A stretch of DNA of 64,000 bases from Marsupella aquatica (taxonomy: Eukaryota; Plantae; Marchantiophyta). The DNA lies in assembly GCA_973895155.1 (NCBI GenBank), contig OZ316897.1:18076457-18140456 (forward strand). Direction: 5' to 3'. Below, piece after piece: positions 46,473-59,470 of this stretch. Below the pieces are notes generated by a model. That model was not told the origin of the DNA. It ran no database searches and saw nothing but the letters and a program-made list of their open reading frames with translations. The stretch's first letter is position 1. Each line of letters begins with the position of its first letter. Both the position numbers and the translations under genes were made by a program.

Positions 46473-49400
46473 AGCATCATGCTGAAACAGGCGTTGTCGG
46501 ATACCTTTAGACTCTGAAGATTGTGTGTCTTAACAGTAGTTTATTCATGCTTGTGTTGGAGCTGAGGTTTTGGGAGGCAGTACTGTGGAGCACCTGGAAT
46601 CAGCAAGGCTACGAGCTGTTCAAGCTAGTTATCAATAAGCCTCCTCGTGGCAGACGGTCCTTAGCGTGGTGCCAATTTCCAAATGTCGTAGTTGCTGCAT
46701 AAGCCCAGATGGTGAAAATTTGATTTGGACGATGTCTACCTGCAAATAGCTCTGTGGGAATCTACCAACCCGTCTTTATCATTCGGGGAGGCTGAAGGCT
46801 CGCTGGTGTTAATTAAGCAAGACTCGAGGAGATTCCGTGGAACCATCACTGTCTGGCTGAAATGGCAACATGAGCAACTTGGTCGGCGAATCCAGAAGGC
46901 TCCGTGGCACATCGGCGGGGAATAACCACCCACCCCAGCAGCCTACAGATCAAGCAGGCTCTAACAATCAACCACGTCCATTACTACTTATCGTGTCTTC
47001 CTCTACTTACTGCATGCCATTCCGTTCATGGCTATCTGATCCCTGTTGTGATAACTCTTCTTTAATGGCGGGTCTTTCCTAATAGCGGGTCCAACAAACC
47101 AGGGACTCGACCTTCAAATAGTATTCGTGATGGTAGTGTACATCATTTGGCGAGATGAGGTGTTGCAAGGACCAGATGACACAAACATTCAAAATAGTCT
47201 GCCTACGCAATCAAATGGGTACTCGGCAGGAGCTTCTCATTTTCAGCAATCTACTACTTTGGTGCATCAAAGGAGGGCAACAACAGCCCTCCTTCTGGGG
47301 AGTTTCCCTTCTTGTCATCCATGACAAGCATTGTGTGTATCCAAGATCCTGAACTGTTTGTGTAAGCAGATAATCGGTGGAGCTTACAGATTGCTTGGTG
47401 AGATAGCAGTTAGTGACCTCCCAAGGTTGTCTGGTCCCGGTATGGCTACTAAAACCCACGATGACTTTTGTGCATCCGTTCTGGAGGAAGAGAAATCTGG
47501 CTTTATGGAATGAATGACATACCGCAACACAAGATTGACGGGAACAATTCAGTAGTGGCATCTGCAGCTCCCATTGTGACAAGGGAGTGCAATCCAAGCA
47601 TTGATTGGCATTCATCCAGTCGACTCCAGTGACAATTGGCCTGTGTACAAATGCTGCCAAGTTGTACCAATTGATTCGCTAGGGTTGGACAACAAATGTT
47701 GAACTTGTCAAAGCAGGGATAACTCAAGACAGCCCAACATGGTGTCTTGAGCAAGAAAATTTCCAAGTTGCATAAAATAAATTCTGAACATATTTTTCGA
47801 TGGGATCCTGGGCATTTCTCTGTTCCAACTTATCCAGGCCTCTCCCGTCACTGTATATCGTTGGCGAATGCATCTCTCAGCCAAAATGGTATATAAGAAT
47901 TGGACACTTTTGTTACCCTCGTTCAGTATAGGAAATGATCAGGGAGCCTGGATAGCCACCGGTTGGGATTTGATGTTGTTGATCATTTTTAAAAGCAAGA
48001 GTGCCAACTGAAGTGCGGAGCTTCAAGTTACAGCTGTGAATAGCCGCTGTGCAGATGGCACTTGTGCACATGGTATTACCTCAGAAGAACTTGATGAATG
48101 ATTATCAGAGCCTAATATGATACGTGGGTTCAACATTTGTTTGTTTGGAATCACTTTACATCGTTCTTCACATGTTTTCGGAGAGTTCTTTTTATTGCAT
48201 CAACTCTGGCGTCGAGTCAATGCACTGGACGTGTGTTAATTGGGAACCTTTTCTCCTGCTACGGATCCCGTGGTTGACGATATTGATTTATTATCGAAAG
48301 GCAACTGAACCGGACCCCTGCACAAGGTCTCTCTGTGAGACTCCAAAGTCGTTTAATTCTCGTTGCCTGTTCTTTTGAGGTATGAAATATCAGGAAAGAG
48401 TCTGTTACGCAAGAAGCCACAACAACACCTCGTCTTGCAGCAGCACAACTCAACCGTTGATCGATGGTGACCTTTGTATTTGAAATATTAAAATTGCTCG
48501 AGTACGAGGTCGTTTTGCATGGATGTATCGCAGGTAAACCAGCGGAGACCAAAACCGAAATTCTCCGAATTGTTAGCATGTCAAGAATCAAAAGTAAGAG
48601 TCAATCGAATTATCTGTACAACTGGCAATTCGAGTTGGACCTACAGTTCGGACCTACAGTTTAGGGTTTGTTTTTAGTTTCCTCGGTTAGGGTCATTTCT
48701 TTCCTGTTTTTAAAATCGGAAAGCGCTTTTATTTCTATCCCAGAAGACAGGATAAGCTGTTTCATGGGACTGTCATCCTTTGTTCACGGGTTGGTCTACA
48801 TTTGTTTAGGAAGAAAAAAGATGAACTCCGGTTTATCGCAGTCCAGGATTACCAACTACCAACCCTAAACAACATCACTGCCGGTGCCAGGGATTTTGAT
48901 TTTTCTCCAGTTGAGAACCACGTGCATACCTGCGTGCATAAGCATTCCAATCCGATCACTCAAGAAGGGAGAGCAACCTACGACAATATAGTGAGCCTGA
49001 TCTATGCAGGGAAGCGCACCTGTGACGTCACTTGTACAACTGGCCACGCTGTGATATTTGACATCTCTTTCCTGTTGATTATGGTCCGTCTTGTGATGGA
49101 CAGGAGGCTGTTGGCGACTTGCAGGGAAAGGCGAAGCATTTCGAGTTGGAAGTGACGGGCTCCAGCGTACATGATCGGAGCCTACGTTCAATGAGAGCAA
49201 CGAACTGATCAGGAGCTATTCTTCCAGGTGAGAGTCGAAAGTAATGTTACCGATCCTGGGAAATTGACAGAGGTAGTGATTACACGATGCGTAGGAGAAG
49301 GGAGAACCTTCCTAGCTCGACCGTCATCCATTGTATCTAGAGGACTTGGGCGTAATGTCTAGCTGGACAGATTCCATGGGCAATTGTCTTAAAAATACAC

Positions 49401-52400
49401 TCCAAGCTAGAAAGAAATAGGACTGTAGAATCCAGTGAAAGGTCTACATGCGTCGTGGCCGATCGCTTGTTCAGGAAAACGTGTGATGCGTACAGATTCA
49501 TGCAAATTGACCACGGCGCAGGAAGCTGAAATTTGGAAGGGAGTCTCTTTGTGCTAGCGCCTTCCGTATACCCGCTCAAAAACATATCATCAGTGAATTG
49601 GTTCAACGACAAGGGCAGCTGAATCTTCCTTTGATTGCAAGTTGTTAAAAATTGGGTTCAAGATGGCTGTAAGTAGCAGCTACTGGGATGAAGCAGTGGC
49701 AGTCTACTACTTCGGTGCAATCTACTACTTCGGTGCATCAAGGAGGGCAACAACAGCCTTCCTTCTGGCGAGTTTCCCTTCTTCGTTATCCATGACCAGC
49801 ATTGTGTATATCCAAGATGCTGAACTGTTTGTGTAAGCAGTTAATCGGCGGAGCTTCCAGAATTCTTGGTGAGATAGCAATTAGTGACCTCAGTTCCCAG
49901 GTGGTCTGGTCCCGGTATGGCTACTAAAACCGATGAATTTTGTGCATCCGAACTGGAGGAAGAAAATTCTAGCTTCGCGGAATGAATGATATACCGCACA
50001 AGATTGACGGGAGCATTTCAGTACTGGCACCTGCAGCTCCCATTGTAACAAAGGACTGCAATCCCAGCATCGATTGGCATTTCAACCAGTGACAATTTTG
50101 TCATTGGCATGTGTACAAATGCTGGCAAGTTGTACCGATTGATTCGCAAGAGTCGGACAACAAATCCCTGAACTTGTTAAAGCAGGGATAACTTGGACAG
50201 CCCAACACGGTGTCTTGAGCAAGAGACTTTCAAGTTGCATAAAAAACTGAAAATAGATTTAGATGGGATCCTGGACATTTCTCTTTTCCACCCCAAGATG
50301 TTGGGTAGTCCAACTTATCCAAGCGTCTCCCGTCTCTGTATATCGTTGGGCCTCTGTTCAATGCACCTATTCGCCAAAATGGTATAAAAGAATCGGAGAC
50401 TATCGTAAGTCGAACGATGGGCACCATAATTGAGTATAGAAAATGATCAGGGAGCCTGTATAGTCAATGTTTGGGATCGATGTGGTTGATTCAGTTTTAA
50501 AGCAAGTGTGCGAACTGAAGTGCGGAGCTTTAGGTTACAGATCTGAATAACAATGCAGTACCGCTTTATGGGTGTCACTTGTGCACATGGTGTTACATCA
50601 GAAGAACTGGATGAATGATGATCAGAGTTCAACACCTGCCGTCTTTGAATCATTTTACATTGTTCTCACATGTTTCAGAGCGTTGTTTTTATCACATGAG
50701 AGATTGACTTTGGCGTCGAGTCATTGCACTGGACGTATATTAATTGGGAACCTTCGTTCGTGCTACGGATCCCCCGCTGGAAGCTAGATACTGGTTTATC
50801 ACGGAAAGGCAACTGAATCGGACTCTTGAGACTCGGACTCCAAACTCGTTTATTTCTTGAGATATGAAATAGCATGAAAGAGTCTGTTACGCATGATGCC
50901 ACATGAACAAGTCGTCTTTCAGCAGCAATGAAGACTTGCCTTCCTTGGTCAATTCCCCCTTCCATCGGTTGGGCCACCTTGATCAGTTTCCTTGTCGATC
51001 ATTTGCGACCAATCTTCTCGATCAATTTCCTGTTCATCTGTTCTCAACAATTGAACATAAGTGATCAATTACAGTGACCCTTTTTGACACCAGGACGTGA
51101 ATTATCGTGTAATGATATAACAGTGTCCTGCTCGAACAAAGGTGAGATGACTTCTTTTGTGCAAATGACGTCAGATCGTTTAATTAAATAAAACTTAGCT
51201 CCTTTCTATGCTGTCATTTGCTGTATTTCGAAGGTCGTGAAGTTAAAATTCTAGGTTGCTGCTGATGTCACGGCCGTTGCGTGTTGAATTTGTCCCCGTG
51301 TCACAAGACAAGTATCCCTCATCGGACAGTGCGATTCATTGCTGGGATGGGGGACTGCTTGATCGCTCCACTGCAGTCTCAGTTTGAATGCTGGGGTCGC
51401 TGATCTAATCAGAGATATCCTTGTCGACGAGCTAAAGGGAACCCTGGTCTCCTCCATTCTTTGAGTCATGTTAGACTTTCGAATGTAGTGGCGGCAATCA
51501 AGATAACAGTTGGGAACTGTTAAAGAGTGCTACGATGCTCAAGGATAATTACACATCTGGGTTTCTGCGATTGTGATGCCGCGTCACAACTCAGCCGTTG
51601 ATGGTGACCTTTGTATTTGAAATATAAAAATTGCTTGAATGACTTGGTCTTCTGCACGGACGTATCGCAGGTAAAGCAAATGATACAGACCAACGCTTCA
51701 GAAACCGGAATTTCCCTGAATTGTTAGCTTGTCAAGAATGAAAACTAAAAGTCAATCGAAATATCTGTACAACTGGTAATTCGAGTTGTACCTAGCTACA
51801 GTAAGCAACGTTTTCGTCATGGAATCGTGCACAGTTTGTTTTGGTTCCCTCACTCAAGATAAGCATTCAAGACATTGTGGGCTATGAGATGCCACCCAAA
51901 ACTAGAGCTTCTATTCCAAGTTTGAGCTACTACTATTTTTGTTGTTTCCCTCCGCTTTTCACAATTCAAGATTAACCCAATGAAATTTCATGCAAATTGA
52001 AGTTTTACTTGGTAAAAAGACAAGTAAAGAACAAATCTCAAAATGCCGTGCAAAGCCTTATAAGATGGGCATTCTCTTCCATAAAGTATAGAGAAAAACC
52101 TTGAAGAGACTTAAATGAACCTACGTTCACGAATCTGTAATTCATTGTTTAGTGGGTGGTTCAAGTTTCAGAGAAATAAAAGGTCTACACTTTCAGACAA
52201 AAAAGAATGACGACGTCCGGTTTGTCACAGCCAGGGCATACCGAGTAAATAAAGAAGATAGCTAATGAGAACTTGTTATTGATTTTTGACACGTCGTTAC
52301 CACCTGAGCACGGCAATGAAAGATAGAACCAGGAAAGCTGTAATTTATTTAATCGAGTACACTAAGTCAGTTCAAAAAGACATTTGCTTAGCCTGAAACC

Positions 52401-54580
52401 TCGCTTTAATTGTCATTGATTGCTCCCCGCTCCTGCATAGGAAATAAGAGTTTTAAACTTCGACGGGACAATTAAAACGTGAAGTACCCTGGCTCTGAAA
52501 GTACATCCAGTGCCGATCCCTGTCCACTATATATAAGCTTGTCCATGACCTGTCACTGCAATTTCTGGCACGCGGTCTGTACAATTATTTCCCAGGTTGA
52601 TGATTTAGTTCATCCCAGCTGGACCATGCTTGAACCGTACTATAGGAGCACAGTCCGTTGGGGAGGTTCACGAGGTTGTGGATAGTTTGGTCAACAGGAA
52701 TTTGCCTTGCAGCCCTTACCTGCTCACTTGGAGTCGATCAAAAATATACTTGCACTTGGATCGGAAGGCAAAACGAAGCCATTTGTCTCTGAGTCTCTGT
52801 GCGGGGAGCGAGACCATTAGAGAGTCCTCGGCACACTCTCCAAAATAATGGAAGCCGAATGCTACTTGTTTCCGTCTGGACTCGTTATGTGGTTAGCTGC
52901 AAGCAGAAATTATAAGTTCAGAAGCTGATTGTCGTCTGAGATTGTACACACGCATAAAATAGGACGGGAAACGAGATGTAGAGACTGTTGATGAAGTTTA
53001 TTTACACCGAGGGTCCAATGTATTCCCCTTGGTACAGCCAAGTTTAGTCTCTTGGTAATACACTGTCAGCTTCAGATCCCCTTCTGGATGGAGCCGAGCT
53101 AGTACATACAACTTACGACACTGTCACAACCACCATTGCGTTCACAGATAATAATTCTCTTCATAATCACGAGTGGCCCGAGTCGAAGCCAAAACACTCG
53201 TTCCAGTCGACGTTTTGCTCTTACACAAGATCCAATAAATGCTCTGTGGTTCATACGACACTTGACACGCTCAATTGTGTTTGTTAGGCCTAAAGTCTCG
53301 AGCTGGTTGGTGAGTTTGATGGATTGCTCAACCTCTTGTCATGTGATCAAATTTTTCTCGAGTGTCAAGGGTCCGTTGCTTCCGCTGACTTTTCTTTTTG
53401 ACATCTTTTATTCTACCGACGTCACATGTACGACTTGCCCCGCTGTGATATTTGAGATTTTTCTGGGTAGCTGTTGATTATGATCCGTCTTGTGGGCGAC
53501 TTGCAGGCAAAGGCGAAGCATTTCAATTTGGAAGTGACGGGCTCCAGCTTACATGATCGGAGCCTACGCTCAAAGAGAGCAACGGACTGATCAGGAGCTA
53601 ATCTTTCAGGTGAGAGTCATAATTCATGTTACCGATCCTAGAAATTGACAGAGCTAGTGATTACACGATCGACCGTCATCTAGGGTAACTAGAGGACTTG
53701 GTCCTGGAGTTTAGCTAGACAGATTCCATTCGGCACTTGTCATCCCCACAAGACAAAGAAGCTTGTGGACTACTTTCGAAGCTTTGCCGGCCAGATCGAG
53801 CTGCCCGAGTCCTGTTTAATAGAGAACCCCCCATAGTCACATTGCGGGGCTGCGCACAGTTTATTCCTACCGCTCGGAGATATCGCTGTTGTTTGGTAGT
53901 TGTTCCATCCATTCCATCCGTCTGTCGCTTGGGAATCCATAGCCCATCAGCTTCGATTTCTGATGACGTGCGTGTACTTGCGACCAATGCAATTGCTGCT
54001 TTGGACACTGAAATTGGTCATGGCCAAATGTTTTACTTGGTGATCTATATTTTCAAAATATTGATCTGGTCGGACTGAGCAAGAGGTGCTTCTTGTACTA
54101 ATATTGATCACAGTTTCGATTCTAGACGATAGAAAGTGCTCGCTAACCATTGCGTTGCTAAGTAACAGTTCTGTTCTTGTTCCTCAATACGTCAAGTACT
54201 CAGAATTGACCGTGGTGGGGTACCACTGTTGTATCTGTGGAAGTTTTCAGATGATTATGAAACTTGATTAACGTAAGGCACAATAGTGCGTTTAAATACA
54301 TGAATGGAGTGGGGTCCAAGTGCGTGAGCAAAGGAAAACGACAAGTAAACTCTGACCAGGAATATAAGTAGTTGAGTCAGTCTAAGTGGGCGCAGCCAGA
54401 TAGGACAGAAAGAGGATCAGAGTCAAACGGGATCGACCAGACAGCCTACCGACTGGCAGCAAGCTCAAGGTAGTCAGTAAGATCCGATGCAGCCAGAGTG
54501 TACAGTAACCACATCTGACAGCGAGGCATGGGAGCAGGCAAGAGACAAGACCGCGTGAGTTTCAACACCTCCCCTCAACC

Positions 54581-55186
54581 ATGGCTCGCAAAGATTCAGG
54601 AGGAGAGTGTGCTGTGATAATTATATGGAACGTCGGTATGGTAACTGAATCTATCCAAATCAAATTTTGTACATTGGATAGAAACCACCATGGCGCAGGA
54701 GGAGATGACATTAAGGGAATCGGCGATGTCACTCGTTCTTTCCTTGTTGGGATTTATCTCAGCATTGTCGCGAAGTGTTTAGGGTTTAGGGTTTATGATT
54801 ACCTAGTGTGTAATCATAGTGATTCATTAGGACCGGAGGAGAGACCCCTTGGTGGGCAATCGGAAGAAACACCTATTGAGCCGCAGGCAGGTGCATCAAC
54901 GGAGACTGATCGAGCTAGGGAGCTAATAGTCCCTGTAGAGCCAAGTGCTCCAATGTATAAAGAGGAGTCCCGTCACCCGTTGTCAGGAGAAATAGTGAGA
55001 GTTTTCTCAGAAGAGCTGCCAAGGCGATACTATTCAGTGGCTCGAGGCCGACGTCCAGGGATCTATACGACTTGGGAGGAGGTAGAACCCTTAGTAAGTG
55101 GCTTCCGAGGCAATAAGTACAAGTCTTTCAAGACTCGGATAGAGGCCGAGTTGTACTTAAAGAAAGAGCAGGCTAGAGCTTTCTAG
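54581..55186 (+). CDS. Antisense ORF with RNase H1 N-terminal/Cauli_VI-like domain, duplicate
   Basis: 201 aa, identical to 23173..23778. Confidence 0.85.
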   Translation: MARKDSGGECAVIIIWNVGMVTESIQIKFCTLDRNHHGAGGDDIKGIGDVTRSFLVGIYLSIVAKCLGFRVYDYLVCNHSDSLGPEERPLGGQSEETPIEPQAGASTETDRARELIVPVEPSAPMYKEESRHPLSGEIVRVFSEELPRRYYSVARGRRPGIYTTWEEVEPLVSGFRGNKYKSFKTRIEAELYLKKEQARAF

Positions 55187-55272
55187 ATGGAGAAACTGAC
55201 TATTGACACCAGTTAATCGTGGGATGCTGTAAGACAATCTCAGAGCGATGGAGATGTATCAAAGATGTGTTA

Positions 55273-58200
55273 TCATCGTAGTGGTAGCAGCTTTGCCGAC
55301 CTCATTCCTAATATATCTCTATTTCTGAGAAACTTTGCTTTGGATAATGATTTAGTCAGAATGTCGGCTACCTGGTCTTCTGTTTTCACATGATGCACTG
55401 AAAGTTCTCCCTCCAAAACTCTTTCACGTACAAAGTGATGGTGAATTTCTAAGTGCTTTGTCCTCGCGTGGAAGACTGGGTTTTTGGCGAGCTTAACAGC
55501 GCTCATGTTATCGCACCTCAAATGTAAGTCTTGAAGGGATGGCACTGCAGCTTGCTCGAGATCAGTTGCTATTCCAGTGTTTTTACATTTGACCTTGGTA
55601 GGCAAGGATGTCTTACCAACCAGTTCTTCGAGTAATCGCTTTAGGTACACACCTTCTTGGGCGCCATCTGAAAGTGCCTTATATTCTGCCTCCGTAGTCG
55701 ATCGAGACACTGTTGGCTGTCTTTTGCTGCTCCATGTGATGGGACCTTCAGACAGCTTGAAGATGTATCCTCCGGTGGATCTTCGAGTATCAGGGCATGA
55801 ATTTCCCCAATCAGAATCTGTGAAGCCTTCGAGATTAAGTTGACTGTCTCTGCTGTAGAACACTCCTAGATCCAAGGTGCCGCTAATGTAGCGCACGATG
55901 TGCATGGCTGCATCTAGGTGAGCTTGTTGTGGTTGACTCATGAATCTACTCACCAGACCAACTGAGAAGGAGATGTCTGGACGAGTGTTAGTTAGATATA
56001 TGAGTTTACCTACCAACTGACAATAATGTGTAGAGTCAACATCGGGGGTGTAGGACTCCGATGATAACTCAAGGCCTTCTGGAAGGGGTGTGCCCACTGG
56101 CTTGCATGTGTCCATTCCGTAGTCTTGCACAAGTTGGTCAGAATAGTGTTTCTGATGCAGTAGAATCCCTTTTTCGGTGACTAGGAAATCAACTCCGAGA
56201 TATCTTTTTGTTTCTCCAAGATCCTTCATCTCGTACTTGGCCTTCAGTTGCTGCTTCAGTTCTTCAATAAGTTGTACTCCGCTGCCTGTGATTAAGAGAT
56301 CGTCGACAAATAGCAGGATGATGGCAATTTTTCCTCCTTGTTGTAGGGTGTATAGATTTGGATCTAGGGAGCTACGTATGCATCCAATTGACCTGAGAAA
56401 TGAGTCGACTTCTTCATACCAGGCCCTTGGACTTTGCTTTAGTCCATATATTGACTTTCTAAGTCTGCACACGAGTTTTTCTTGACCAGGAGAGAGGAAC
56501 CCGGGTGGCTGCATCATATAAATGGTTTCCTTAAGAGTCCCATTGAGAAATGCAGTGACAACGTCCATATGTGATAATGGCCATCCAAACGCAGCTGCAA
56601 GTGCCACAATGAGTCTGACAGTGGACCATTTGACTACCGGGGCAAAGGTCTCTTCGAAATATAATCCTTCACGCTGTTCGTTTCCTCTAGCGACTACCCG
56701 AGCTTTGAACTTAATGTTTCCTGCTTGGTCAAGCTTTTCCCGAAGGACCCATCTAGCTGATAGTGCTCGCTCTCCCAAGGGAAGGTTGACAAGTTCCCAA
56801 GTGCCATTTTTAAGATGAGCATTCATTTCAGCTTGCATGGCTTCCGTCCAACGGGAATCAGAGAGAGCATCTTCTACAGATATATTGTCGATGGAGTCAG
56901 CTAGAAGAGCTAACAGGAGATGCTCAGTAGTTTCGGAAAGGTATGTTGTGAAATCAGATAGCCAATAGGGATGAGATGTGAGTCGACTGGAGGGTGGACG
57001 TGACCGCTGGAGGAGACGTTGAGTAGCACGTTGTTTTGCACGACGAGCTTGACGTGGTTCAGGGACAAGCGGTGGATCAGTGGTGGAAGCAGATGTGTCC
57101 TCGTGGGGTTCAGGCTCGGGATAGTCAATCCTGCAGTGAGGAAGATTTGGGGATGTAGACTCGGTTGCTGGTGTGGAGTCGGTGGCTGTTGGTGTTGGAG
57201 GAGAGCCAGTTGTTGATGGAGTTGAATGTTCGGCTGGAGATTGCAAGTGGTCAGGTTCATCTTCAAGTGGAAACATATCGAGAATGCTCTCGTAGGTGGT
57301 GGCTTGTCCCGTTGAGAAGTCTCCAAGAGTTGATTCGTCAAAGACCACATTTCGGGAAACAAGAATTTTTTGAGAGATCGAGTCAAAGCATCGATATGCT
57401 TTGCTGTGGTCATCGTATCCAACAAGTATAGTACGAATGGACTTGGGTTGAAGCTTGTTACGCATCTCCTTTGGAACATGAATGTGAGCTATGCTTCCAA
57501 TGATACGGAAGTGGCTGACATCAGGTTTGGTACCGGTGAGACATTTTGTTGGTGTAGAGAGATGTAATGCACGAGTGCTGCATCGGTTGTTGATGTGATT
57601 AGCCGTTTTGACTAATTCTTCCCAGAGAAAGGCTGGAAAGTTTGAGCCTATTGAGATACTCCTTACTATATCTAGAAGGGTGCGATTTTTACGTTCGGCG
57701 ACTCCATTCTGATGAGGAGTTCGAGCTACAGTAAATTGCCTTCGTATCCCATGTTGCTGACAAAATGCCATGAATAAATCAGACATATATTCTCCGTCTC
57801 GATCGCTTTGTAAGCATTTAATTTTGGTGCCTAGTGAGTTTTCGACTTCTTGTTGGAAGATCTTGAATTTTTCCAAAGCCTCATTTTTGGACTTGAGAAA
57901 GAAGACCCAAGAATGTCGAGAAAAATCATCAGTGAAGGTGATGATGTACCGGGCCCCAGAGAGAGCTAGGACCGGTAAAGGACCACAGAGGTCTGTGTGA
58001 ATCAATTCCAGAGGTTTGGTGGCGCGAAAACTTGCTGATTTTGGTACTCGGTGTCGAGACTGCTTGCCTTTCACACAGGGCTCACAGATCATTTTGCTGA
58101 CTGGAAGATTTGATGGAGCTCCCGTGATAAGCCCGTTTTGAGTCATGTAGCTGATGCGCTGATGACTAGAGTGACCTAGCCTTTGGTGCCAAAGTTCAGA

Positions 58201-59470
58201 TGGAGACATCGATGGAGGTTCGACTAAGTGACACTGAGCTGACATGCTGGGATGTGCTAATTTAGTGTTAGCTAAATATTTGTCCGGAGAGACGACAGGC
58301 AATTTGAGCTTATATAATCTACTATGAGGGTCTCTGTAGCCTTTGAGATAAGGCTGTGAGGGTCTCTTGGGGTCATAGACGTAGCATCTACTGGAAGTAA
58401 ATAGCACTTGATGACCCTGATCTGTAAATTTACCAACAGAGAGTAAATTCCTTGTAATAGACGGCACGTACAAAACATCACGAACAGATTTATTGCCAGG
58501 AAGAGAAATACAGCCAGATCCGGATATGGGCATTTTAGAGCCATTAGCCGTGAGAACATTAGACGTAGGGGTGCTGCTGATCAGATTAGTAAGGCTACTA
58601 CGATTGCGACTTATGTGAGCTGAGGCTCCGCTGTCGATGATCCAGGTCTGGTCATCAATGCCTGGAGCATCAAACTCACTGAGCATGGCCTCAATCGTAA
58701 GTGAGGATTTGGGCTCACTGGGTTCGCCAACGTCAGAGTTGTTGTCTCCGATGTCTCCCTCAGCAAAATATGCTTTTGGTCCAGGAGCAGCCTTGATGTC
58801 TCTGATCTTGGAATGTAGGTCCTTCAGCTGAGATACGGACATTGTCTTGATCTCAGTGTCTGCAGCTTTGATGAAGCAGTCTGCTTCCCAGTGGCCTCGT
58901 TTGCCACAGAAGTTGCAGTTGCGTCGATCTGCTCCACCTTCGTAGCCTCTCTGCTGTCTTGCTCGATCGTGGCGCCCTCGTCCTCGCCCACGATGTCCTC
59001 TGCCTCCTTCTCCACGTCTCTGGTGAGCAGAGGCCAGCATAGACTGCTCGCTGCCTTCATTGCTTGATTTGCGACGAAAGTCCTCAGCCTGTAGATATTC
59101 TTCCAGATCTGCAAAAGTAGCTAGAGGGTCCTTGGCATACATGACACCGTAAGCTGACTTGAATGCTGACCAACTTTCAGGTAGATTTCTCAACACAATC
59201 TGGATCAGTTCTTTATCGTCAACTTCCTCTCCTACACTACCGAGTTCCATCACATGGTACTCGATCTTTTTGAGGTAGTCCTCGATAGAGGACCCTTCAC
59301 ATAGGCGAGCCTCGACTAGTGCAGACTTGAGGTCCAGTTTGCGCTGGATTACAGAAGACTCATACTTCTGTTTAAGTGTTGCCCAGAGTTTGGCAGGATC
59401 ACTCCGCAGCCTTCTAACAATAGGGACAATGGAATGATGAACAGTTTTGGTGAGAATAATGATTACCCTC
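55273..59470 (-). CDS. pol: Copia Gag-Pol, N-terminally truncated, duplicate
   Basis: Same domains. Differs by K>E (LPESW) and D>Y (EGLYF). Confidence 0.95.

Larger units (their letters stand above)
54227..59470 (-). mobile_element. Copia element, duplicate (3' LTR 54227-54567)
   Basis: Copy of 22819-28062. Confidence 0.95.
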